64,000 nt of DNA from Mobula birostris (Eukaryota), in the NCBI RefSeq assembly GCF_030028105.1, contig NC_092377.1:5027079-5091078 (forward strand). The letters run 5' to 3'. The notes under the pieces are model-generated. The model did not search any database. It saw nothing but the letters and a program-made list of their open reading frames with translations, and was not told the origin of the DNA. Made by a program: the position numbers and the translations under genes. Shown here piece by piece: positions 12,501 through 24,500 of the stretch (its first letter is position 1; the number at the start of each line of letters is the position of its first letter).

Positions 12501-15500
12501 AGGTCTTCTGAAAATCTGAGGGCTCGATATAGACCGACTCTCCTTTCTCTACCCTGCCTGTTATTTCCTCAAAGAATTCCTCAGATCTGTCAAGCAGGAT
12601 ATCCCCTCAAGGGAACCGTGCACACTTTGGCCTGTTTTATCATGTGTCTCCAAGTACCCTGAAACCTCGTCCTTAATAATGGACTCCAACATTTTCCCAA
12701 CCACTGAAGTCAGGCTAACTAGCCTATAATTTCCTTTCATTTGCTTCCATCCCTTCTTAAAGAGTGGAGTGACATTTTTGGGCCACTTATCCAAGAAAGA
12801 ATGTCGTGTCATTGGAGAGGGTCGAGAGGAGATTCCTGTGAAGACATAGATCATTAAATAAACTACAGTGCACAGTGTGAGAAGTAACCAGTTTCTGAAA
12901 TAGAAATGGCCATTTTAGGATTGTGTGACTCTGAGAGTTGGTGTATCACAGTGAATTGATCGGTGATGTCAGTGAGGGGACTGTGTGATGGATAAAGTTA
13001 CTGATTGGCAGTGTAGCTATGAGGAGAATGTGGAGAGATTTCAGACAGACATAACAGGTAAGTGAATTGTCAGATGGGAAGAATGAGATTGAAAAGTGTT
13101 GGTGTCCAAAGGAACCTGGATGTCCTGCTTGTGTAATGAAGGTGATATGTAGGTATGGTGAGTAAATATGTGATAATCTTCATGGCAAAAGGTTTCAACT
13201 ACATATTTCTGTCGTGATGTGATATCCTGGTGACTGTGGATCTGGAATATTGTGTAATGGTTTCTAAGGTGATGTTCCTTCAGCAGCGTTTCCGTGTGTT
13301 CCCAATGCATGGCCTCAAAGTTCTCGATACCATCCTGAATATCGCTTCCTGGGTCATGGGCCAGTAATTCCCAGGAGTCAGTGGGAAGTTGCATTTCTTC
13401 ACAGAAACTTGCATCCTATATCCTTCTCAAGGAAAAACACTGCCTTTACTATCTCTTTAATATTTGGCCACAGCCCATGAAATCACTCTCTCCTTTAACG
13501 TACGAGGAAATTGTGATTATACAAAGAATTAATTCCTTCTCAAATTCAGATCAGGATTACCTAACAACCAGACTGCGCTCAAAAAACAAAGAGCTGATCA
13601 TGGTGGGAAAGAGGCTGTGGATGTTGGAATCTGTCACAAAAAGCAAACTTGGAAGAAGAAAGCATGCCAAAGGTTTGTCAGGAACATCTGAGGGGAAGGA
13701 AGGAATTGGTGACATTTCAATCTGGGATCTTGTGTCAGGACTGAGAGTGCAGAGGGAAGACGGCCAGAATAAAGGGATGGAGGGAAGGGTGAGATAGAGG
13801 TTAGAAGGTGATAGGAGTCACTACTGGAAATCTAAAGCAAAAGCCACATTCATTAGTGCTGCACGGAGGTCAGGGGTGGAGTGGTTAAACTAGAGTTTCA
13901 GGGAATGGGAATAAGAATACCTGATCAGACAGTGGAGAGATTGTGGAGACAAATGTTGTTAAGACAGCAGACAAAGTTAGAAATCAATAGGTTGTGCACA
14001 GGATGACTAATGTCCAGCTGCATGGATTCCAATGCAAGTAGTATTGGAGGAAATGCAGGTGAGCTCGGGATGTGGATCAGCAGCTGGAATTATCTTGTCG
14101 TTGATGAGATTTGGTTGCAGGAGGAGCAGGAGTGGCAGCTCAGTAGTCTGGGGTTCTGTTGTTCCACATGTGACAGAGCAGGAGACAGTAAAGGAGGTGG
14201 GGGCAACAATACCAGTCAGGCACATTGTCACCGCAGTGCTCAGTCAGGACAGATTGGAGAACTCGTGTGGTGAGGCATTGGGGTGGAATTGAGAAATAAG
14301 AAAGGATTGACCACGTTAGAGGGGTTATTTTACAGACCACCTAACAGTCTGCGGGATTTAGAGGAGCACATTTGCAGAGAGATCGCAGACTGTTTCAAGA
14401 CACATAAGGTTTATAGTAGCTGATTTTAACTTTCCATATTTTGACTAGGACTTCCATGCTGTAAAAGGACTAGATGGGACAGAGTTTGTCAAATGTGTTT
14501 AGGGAAGTTTCCCCAATCAGAAGTCCCAAAGACAGAGTGTACAAAACTTGATCTGTTATTAAAGAATGAGGCAAAAGTTTGTGTAGGGGAACACTTTGCA
14601 TCTAATGATCATAATGCCATTAGTTTCAAAGTATGAATGGAAAAGGGTAGGTCTGGTCCATAGGCTGAGATTCTAAATTGGAGAAAGATCAATTTTGATG
14701 AATCACAAGGGATCTAGCAAGTGTACATTGGAACAGATTGTTTACTGGCAAAGGTGTACTTGGTAAGTGGGAGGCCTTCAAAAGTGAAATTTTGAGAGTA
14801 TAAAGCTTGTATACGTTTGTCAGAATGAAAGGTAAAGGTAACAGGTTAGGGAACCTGTTAATTCAAGAGATATTGAAGCCCTGTTTAATAAAAAAAAAAA
14901 GATGCATAGCCGGTACAGGCAAGTAGGAACAAATGAGGTACTTATGGAGTATAAAAAATGCAAGAGAAAAAGCAATCAGGAAGGTGAGAGGGAGGCATGA
15001 TCTCAACCTAGCAGACAAGCTGAAGGAGAATCCTAAGTGATTCTACAGACATATTAAGAGCAAATGTATTGCAAGGGACAAAATTGGTCCTCTGGAAGCC
15101 CAGAATGGTGATCTATGTGTGGAGCTAAAAGAGATGGGGGAGATTAACATTTTTTTTTGCATCTGTATTTACTCAGAAGCAGCCACAGAGTCTATAGCAG
15201 TGAGGCAAAGCAGCATCAACGTCATGGACCCTATACAGATTACAGAGGAGGAGGTGGTGTTTGCTGTCTTGAGGCAAATTAGGGTGGATAGATCCCCAGG
15301 GCCTGACAAGGTGTTCCCTCAGACCCTGTGAGAGGCAAGTGCAGAAATTGCTACAGATATCAGAGATATTTAAATCACCCTTTGAGAAGTACTGGAGGAT
15401 TGGAGGATAGCTAATGTTGTTCCACTGTTTCAGAAAGGCTGTGATGTCAGGCTCACCAGTCTATAATTTCCTGGCTTATTTTCATAGTCATAGTCATAGT

Positions 15501-18500
15501 TATTTCCCCCGGGATCAATAAAGTATAACTATGACTATGAAAATAAACCAGGAAATTATAGGCTGGTGAGCCTGACATCAGAAGTGGGAAAGTTATTGGA
15601 AGGTACTGTACAATAGAAGACCGCTTCGACAAACACCGATGCTCCGCCTGCCAGAATAAGTGGGACCTCCCAGTGGCCACCCATTTTACTACCACTTCCC
15701 ATTCCCAATCTGATATGTCCATCCATGGCCTCTTCCACTGTTGTGATGAGGCCACACTTAGGTTGTAGGAACAACACCTTATATTCTGTTTGGGTAGCCT
15801 CCAACCTGATGGCATGAATATTGATTCCTGAAACGTCTGGTAATGCTCCCCACCCACCCACCTCCTTCACCATTTCCCACCTCTTTCATCTCGCTCATCT
15901 TATCTCCTTGCCCACCCATTGCCTCCCTCTGGTGCTCCTCCCCTCTTTTCTTTCTTGCACGGCCTTCTGTCTCTTTCACCAAACAACTTCCCACCACTTT
16001 AACCCATCCTTCCCCGTTCAGGTTTCACCTATCAGCTTGTGCTTTTCTCTCTCCCCTCCTCCCAGTTTTCGAATCGGCTTTTTTCCTCCAGACCTGTAGA
16101 AGGGTTTCAGCCCAAAACTTTGACTGTACTCTTCTCCACAGATGCTGCCTGGCCTGCTGAGTTCCTCCAGCATTTTGTGAATGTTCATTTTGATTTCCTG
16201 CATTTGAAATTGGATTCGACCTAGGCTTTGTGGGAGAAGACAGAGGGTGGCAGTAGCTGGTTGCCTCTCTGACTGCAGGCCTGTGACTCGTGGAGTGCCG
16301 CAGGGATTGGTGCAGGGTCTGTTGTTGATCTTCCTCAATATAAATAATTTGGATGATAATGTGATTAACTGGATCGGCAGATTAACAGATGACACCAAGA
16401 TTAGGGGTGCAGAGAAGAATGAGGAATTCTATCAAAATTTGCAGTGGGATCTGGAGCAGCTGGAAAAATGGGCTGAAACATGGCAGATGATATTTAATGC
16501 AGACAAGTGCAAGGTGTTACACTTCAGTCGGACCAAACAGGGTAGATTGTGAACTTTAGGACACTGAGGTGTGTGGTAGAACAAAGGGATCTGGGAGTAC
16601 AGGTCTATAATTCATTGGAAGTTATCACAGGTAGATTGGGTCATAAAGAAAACTTTTGGCACAGTGGTATTCGTAAATCAAAGTATTAAGTACAGGAGAT
16701 GGGATGTTATGTTGAATTTGTATAAGATGTCAGTGAGGTGTAATTTGGAGTATTGTATGCAATTTCGGTTGCTTGCCTGTAGAAAAGATGTAAATAAATT
16801 TGAAAGAGTACAGAGAAGATCTTCAAGGATGTCACCAGGTCTTGAAGACCTGAACTCTGAGGAAAGATTTAATGGGTTTGGTCTTCATTCCATAGAACGT
16901 AAAAGATTGAGGGGAGATTTGATAGAGGTATACATAATTGTGGGGGGTATAGACAGGATAAATGCAAACAGGCTTTTTCCACTGAGGTCGGGTGGGACAG
17001 CCACTGGATGACATGGACTGAGGGTGAAAGGTGAAATGTTTAAGGAGAACATGAGGGAAATGTCCTTCACTCAGAGGGTGGTGACAGTGTAGAATGAGTT
17101 GCCAGTGCAAGTGGCGTATGCGAGCTCGATGTCAACGTTTGAGAGAAGTTTGGATGATTGGGGTATGCAGAGACAAATGCGCTGAAGGCCTGTTTCAGTG
17201 CTACATTTTCTATGACTCAATGACTCTATTAATGTTGCTTCTGCCATTAATCGTATTCTCTTACTTTGAATTTAATGGTCAGTCTATTTCTTTTACACAC
17301 ACCATTTTATTCTCTTCTCCCTTCAACTTGTTCTGTTTTTTCCGATTGGTCTGACAACTCACACCCACAAGGTGAGCTCTCAGTAAATTGGTTTATTATT
17401 GTGTTGGTCAGAAGAAACTTCAGTCTAATCAAGGACATGGGGAGCAGACAAGCCAGTTATCTTTGTTTCCCCCCATTTTGTGGACTCTGAACAGTTTCTT
17501 GCTTTTGGATAATCTAATCAGAACAACTGAATGTGGACACAGGAAGTTTCAGGTAATGATCTGCTAAACCTGAGACCATTCTCAAACAAGTTTTCAGAGG
17601 TTTTCAGAGCCTGCAGAGGGACTTGGACCAGCTGGAAAAATGGGCTCAAAAATGGCAGATGGAGTTTAATACAGACAAGTGTGAGGTATTGCACGTTGGA
17701 AGGACAAACCAAGGTAGAACATACATGTAACATTCCGTTATATTAGCTTGTGTATGCCTAGGGGAAATCCCACCCAGCACCTGCCTCAACACTCCCCTTA
17801 GGGTCAGTCGCCGCCCGGATCAATCACAAACATCAATCATCAGCCAGCACACCCAGTAAATTTTAACAAGTACACTTTATAGATATTACTAATTCTATGA
17901 CATTAATATGCATTTGATACAGATAGGAAAGTAATGAAAAAAAAAGGCGCCAACACTTATCAAAGTCCAAGTTCTTCGCGCACTACCGTTGGAGCTCAAT
18001 TCGATTCCTGACAACCCCCCGAATCCTGTCGACTCACGGCTCGGGACCACCCTGAGTGATCGACCGGAGCCTCTCCGCACGTCCACCGTCCTCCCTGTCT
18101 CTCCTCCGACTCCCCGTCTCTCCTCCGACTCCCCGTCTCTCCACCATCCTCCCCGTCCCGTCTCTCCTCCGACTCCCCGTCTCTCCTCCGACTCCCCGTC
18201 TCTCCTCCGACACCCTGTCTCTCCTCCGACTCCCCGTCACTCCTCCGACTCCCCGTCTCCCCTCCGAACCCCCGTCTCCCCTCCGAACCCCCGTCTCTCC
18301 TCCGACTCCCTGTCTCTCCTCCGACCCCCCGTCTCTCCTCTGACCCCGTCTCTCCTCCGACTCCCTGTCTCTCCACCGTCCTCCACGTCTCTCCACCGTC
18401 CTCCCCATCTCTCCACCATCCTCCCCGTCTCTCCTCCGACTCCCCATCTCCCCACCGTCCGTCCCGTCTCTCCTCCGACTCCCCGTCTCTCTCCCAAATC

Positions 18501-21500
18501 CCCGTCTCTCCTCCGACTCCCCCGTCTCTCCTCCGACTCCCCGTCTCTCCTCCGTCCTCTCCGTCTCTCCTCTGACTCCCCGTCTCTCCACCGTCCTCCC
18601 AGTCTCTCCTCCGACTCCCCGCCTCGCCTCCAACTCCCCATCTCTCCTCCGACTCCCCGTCTCCTCTCCGACTCCCCGTCTCTCCTCCGACTCCCCGTCT
18701 CTCCACCGACTCCCCATCCCTCCACCATCCTCCACGTCTCTCCTCTGACTCCCCGTCTCTCTCCCGACTACCCGTCTCTCCACCGACTCTCTGTCTCTCC
18801 ACCGTCCTCCCCGTCTCTCCTCCGACTCCCCGTCTCTCCGCCAACTCCCCGTCTCTCTACCATCCTCCCATCTCTCCTCCGACTCCCTGTCTCTCCTCTG
18901 ATTCCCCACCAAAACTCAGTCCACAGTCATACCATACAGCATGGTATCCGAAAACAAAACGATACATAACCACCCATTGGCTAATAGAAGGCGGTTATCT
19001 ACTTTAAAGTAAAACAAGCTGTTAGTGCAAACTCTCTTCAGCGTTAAAACACAACAAAGCCGCATTCCCCAGACTAACATAACAAAGACGCCATTTTAAA
19101 TTTAACAAAAAGAAAGACCCCTTACACACTCTCCCCCCACCACAAAAAGTCATGCCCTCATGACGTTAACAGAGTTCACCAGTGCTCCTTGTAAACACAA
19201 AACCCAACCCAGGTGCATAAAGCAGTGACATAACTTTGCAGGGCAGTAGAGATCACACCCTGCTCTCCCGGCGCTACATAAGTGAGTCTTTCCGGGGGAA
19301 GCCTACTCCTCTGAGACCTCTGGACTTCCTCTGCTGACTCTCCCTGTTCAGACACCCCAGTTGACCCCTCGGGCCTATCTGTCGGACCTTCCCCTTCACC
19401 GGGATCCCTCTGCCCCGGTGAGCCCTCTGGCTCGGGCTCTGCCTCCACCCTCTCCTCCCCCAATGCCGGCTGTAATACAGGCGGCTCTGCAACACCCTCC
19501 CTCGGTTCCCCTGACTCAGTGATGGAAGGGCCAGGAATCTCTTCTCCCGGCACCGGGGAATCAGCGAACGGAAGCAGGTACCACACATCCGAATCATCAT
19601 CTTCCGATGACATATCCCTTCTCGAGGTGGGGACCGGCCTCGGTTTCTACGCAGCGGGCTCTTCCCTCGCCCCATGCCTTCTCATAGTCCTCGTACTAGG
19701 CGTAAACTCCCATTCGGGCTCTGGGTCTACCTTCACCTCTCGACCCAGAGGCAACAGGTGGTTCCGATGGAGTACCTTGACAGGCCCCTGCCCGCCCTCA
19801 GGTCTCACCTGGTAAACCCGGAGATTCGGCATCTGACTCTCCACCACATAGGGGGTGGCTGCTCAACGGTCCGCCAACTTGTGCTTACCCTGTAGTCCTA
19901 AATTCCGGGTAAGGACTCGGTCTCCCGGCAATAGCTGGACGAACTTTACCTTCTGATCATACCTCCTTTTATTCCGCTGGTTCTGCTTGGTGGCTGCCGC
20001 CTCAGCCAACTCATACGCCCTTTTCAACTCTCTCCTCATATCGGTCATGTACTTATCTGGTCTCACCCCGGCTACCACCTCCTGAACCGCTGAGAACCGT
20101 CCCTGAGGGTCCGAGCCCCCTGGTCGGCCCAAAGCACATTCCTCGGCCCGTACCTCTCGGATCAGCTGTCCGAATGATGGAGGGGGGCTCCGCTTAAATA
20201 ACTGCTGTACACTCCAAGCCACCCTGTCATCCTCCCGGGAACCGCTACATATCTGGCTCATCCTTAACTTAGCCACTTCATCCTCCCTCACTACCCCTCG
20301 TCGCCGCAACCCCGTAAGCTTTCCTTCCAGCCTGAAAGCATAGTCTGAGAGCTTTACCCCTCTTCTCTGCCCCATCCGTTGAAAATCCGCTAAATGCCGC
20401 CAGGGATCCCCTGACAGTCCAAACACTTCCTCCAAAGCGTCCAAACACTCCGATAGGGAAGCCAAGGGGCGTGCCGCTCTCAGATCGCGGACCACCCGGG
20501 CTGCATCGTCCCTTAAGCTTTCCACCAATCGCTGTCTCTTTTCCTCATCCGAAACTGGCCACACCTCTAACAATTGGGATGTATCTTCAACCCAGGTCTC
20601 ACAGTCATCCTCCCCTTCCGGGGTGGGCTTGGCTCCCGAGAAAATTCTCAGCTTCGGGCGGTGCACCTCAACCCTTCTCGCCAGGGAGGTAATGGCAGCC
20701 GTTAACTCGGCAGTCTCCTCAAGCCCATGGGGGCGAGGCCTGGCCAAACCTTCCCACTCCACACCTCTACCTCTTGCTACGGGCACCCGGCCGGGGGCCT
20801 CATCTAGCTCCTCCTCCTCCGGCACCTCCTCACTTGCGTCCTCGGGGAGAGTGTGGAGACCCCACGGCCCCGCCTCCCCCTGGACCTGGACTGTCGCTGG
20901 TAGTTCCAACGTCATGACGTCGGCACTCGTCCGCACCAACATCCAGCTGGAATCCAGTTCTTTCCCACCCCTTCTAGCTACAAGTTCTACCTGCCCGATA
21001 CCTTTAATCAGACTCAACCCTCGCACCAGTACCTCTGCCAGAATGCGATAATCGACCCCGCTTACCACACACGCATGATTCACCGGTACCTCATCCAATT
21101 CACACCAACTGACAATCTTGTCTCAATCCATCTTCACACCACTTACCGCAACGACAAGTACAACTTTCCCGAAAAAAAAATCCAAATCCCTGACGGTAGC
21201 CCCCACTTGTAACGTTCCGTTATATTGGCTCGTGTATGTCTAGGGGAAATCCCGCCCAGCACCTGCTTAAACACTCCCCTCAGGGTCAGTCGCCGCCCGA
21301 ATCAATCACAAACATCAATCATCAGCCAGCACACCCAGTAAATTTTAACACATACACTTTATAGATATTACTAATTCTATGACATTAATATGCATTTGAT
21401 ACAGATAGGAAAGTAATGGAAAAAAATGGCGCCAACATTTATCAAAGTCCAAGTTCTTTGCGCGCTACCGTTGGAGCTCAATCGATTCCTGACAACCCCC

Positions 21501-24500
21501 CCGAATCCTGTCAACTCACGGCTTGGGACCACCCTAAGTGATTGACCGGAGCCATCCTCCTCATCTTTCCTCCAACTCCCCATCTCTCCTCCGACTCCCC
21601 GTCTCTCCTCCAACTCCACGTCCCTCCACCGTCCTCCCCGTCTCTCCTCCAACTCCCCATCTCTCCACCGTCCTCCCCGTCTCTCCCCCGACTCCCCGTC
21701 TCTCCCCCGACTCCCCGTCTCTCCTCCGACTCCCTGCCAAAACTCAGTCCACAGTCATATCATACAGCATGGTATCCGAAAACAAAGCGATACATAACCA
21801 CCCATTGGCTAATAGAAGGCGGTTATCTACTTTAAAAGTAAAACAAGCTGTTAGCGCAAACTCTCTTCAGCGTTAAAGCACAACAAAGCCGCATTCCCCA
21901 GACTAACATAACAAAGACGCCATTTTAAATTTAACAAAAAGAAAGACCCCGTACATACAAGGTTAATGGTAAGGCACTGAGGAGTGCAGTAGAACAGAGG
22001 GATCTGGGAATACAGATACAAAATTCCCTAAAAGTGGCGTCACAGGTAGATAGGGTCATAAAGAGAGCTTTTGGTACATTGGCCTTTATTAATCAAAGTA
22101 TTGAGTATAAGAGCTGGAATGTTACGATGAGGTTGTATAAGGCATTGGTGAGGCCGAATCTGGAGTATTGTGTTCAGTTTTGGTCACCAAGTTACAGGAA
22201 GGATATAAATAAGGTTGGAAGAGTGCAGAGAAGGTTTACAAGGATGTTGCCAGGACTTGAGAAACTCAGTTACAGGGAAAGGTTGAATAGGTTAGGACTT
22301 CATTCCCTGGAGCGTAGAAGAATGAGGGGAGATTTGATAGAGGTATATAAAATTATGATGGGTATAGATAGAGTGAATGCAAGCAGGCTTTTTCCACTGA
22401 GGCAAGGGGAGAAAAAAACCAGAGGGCATGGGTTAAGGGTGAGGGGGGAAAAGTTTAAAGGGAACATTAGGGGGGCTTCTTCACACAGAGAGTGGTGGGA
22501 GTATGAAATGAGCTGCCAGATGTGGTGGTAAATGCGGGTTCTTTATTAACATTTAGGAATAAATTGGACAGATACATGGATGGGAGGTGTATGGAGGGAT
22601 ATGGTCCATGTGCAGGTCAGTGGGACTAGGCAGAAAATGGTTCGGCACAGCCAAGAAGGGCCAAAAGGCCTGTTTCTGTGCTGTAGTTTCTATGGTTTCT
22701 AAGGTTTCTAAGTAGTCATTTGTTCTATAAAGGATGTGGACTCTGAACTGGTTCTTGATTCTGGGACAATCAAATCAGAACAATAAACCTGGGACCATTC
22801 TCAGAGGAGTAGCTACTTGTTATGTAAAATGCCAGACCTACCAAAGAAGCAATCTGTAACCTCATTAGGCTCTCTCTATGTTGCCTCATTTAACTTGTTT
22901 GGATCAATCAGAGTGTAAAGGCACAAATACAGAAGGCTGAAGTGGCCAGTGCCATGAAACAATGTTGGTTGTAGCTCTATACAATGACCAGTAAGAAAGT
23001 GACCCAGCTAGGTTACGTGACCTTGAGCCAATGGGATGGAGGTCCAATGATTCAATTGATAAAGAACAGTATAAGACTCAGGAGCTGCAAATACGCAGGG
23101 GGTGATAACTCTCCAGCAGCCAGCAAGCAACCATCTCAGATAAGGAGGACGCCACGGACAGTTGGAGATCGGGACCACGAGGAACTCCAGGTCAGCGGAG
23201 ACTTCTTTCCCGGGTAATACCTTTCCTCTTCATGACTGTTCATGGAGGGTCAGGGGTTCTAGTAGGGAGCACACAGGTAGATAAAAGTGTGAACCCATGT
23301 GCTTTGTAGTTGAAACAATAAGCTACAGTGGTATGCAAAATTCTGGGCACCCCTGGTCAAAACTGCTGTTCCTATGAATAGCTAAGTGAGTAAAAGATGA
23401 CTTGATTTCCAAAAAGCATCAAGTTAAAGATGACACATTTCTTTAATATTTTAAGCAAGATTACTTTTTGATTTCCATCTTTTCTAGTTTCAAAATAACA
23501 GAAAAGGAAAAGGCCCCCAAAGCAAAAGTTTGGGCACCCTGCATGGTCAGTACTTAGTAACACCCCCTTTGGCAAGTATCACAGCTTGTAAACACTTTCT
23601 GTAACCAGCTAAGAATCTTTCAATTCTTGTTTGGGGGATTTTCACCTACTCTTCCTTGCAAAAGGCTTCTAGTTCTGTGAGATTCTTGGGCCGTCTTGCA
23701 TGCACTGCTCTTTTCGAGGACTATACACAGATTTTCGATGATGTTTAGGTCAGGGGACTGTGAGGGCCATGGCAAAACCTTCAGCTTGCGCCTCTTGAGA
23801 TAGTCCATTGTGGATTTTGAGGTGTGTTTAGGGTCATTATCCTATCCAAACTTCTCTTTTCACCTTCAGCTTTTTTACAGACGGTGTGATGTTTTCTTCC
23901 AGAATTTTCTGGTATTTAATTAAATTCATTCTACCCTCTACCAGTGAAATGTCCCCCGTGCCACTGGCTGCAACACAAGCCCAAAGCATGATCGATCCAT
24001 CCCTGTGCTTAACAGTCGGAGAGGTGTTCTTTTCATGAAATTCTGCACCCTTTTTTCTCCAAACATACCTTTGTTCATTGCGGCCAAAAAGTTTTATTTT
24101 AACTTCATCAGTCCACAGGACTTGTTTCCAAAATGCATCAGGCTTGTTTAGATGTTCCTTTACAAACTTCTGATGCTGAATTTTGTGGTGAGGATGCAGG
24201 AAAGGTTTTCTTCTGATGACTCTTCCATGAAGGTCATATTTGTGCAGGTATCGCTGCACAATAGAACAGTGCACCACCACTCCAGAGTCTGCTAAATCTT
24301 CCAGAAGGTCTTCTGCAGTTAAACGGGGGTTTTGATTTGCCTTTCTAGCAATCCTACAAGTAGTTCTCTCAAAGCTTTCTTGGTCTTCCAGACCTCAACT
24401 TGACCTCCACTGTTCCTGTTAACTGCCATTTCTTAAATATATTACGAACTGAGGAAACGGCTTCCCGAAAACACTTTGCTATCTTCGTATAGCCTTCTCC

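Larger units (their letters stand above)
17583..22710 (+). mobile_element. CR1 3' fragment split by the Gypsy insertion
   Basis: Removing 17726-21959 restores ggtagaacatacaaggttaatggtaagg. ORF 22034-22531 has [13 protein letters not shown]; ends in a ctatggttt tail. Confidence 0.88.

Noticed and set aside
17989-18969. Long Pro/Ser/Arg-rich and Gly/Glu/Arg-rich ORFs (326, 282, 292 aa)
   Set aside because: They are translations of the LTR minisatellite, which is open in several frames on both strands; not genes.
19863-21098. Domesticated PNMA-family gene
   Set aside because: It lies between two LTRs with a TSD, PBS and PPT and has in-frame stops at both ends; it is a retrotransposon remnant.
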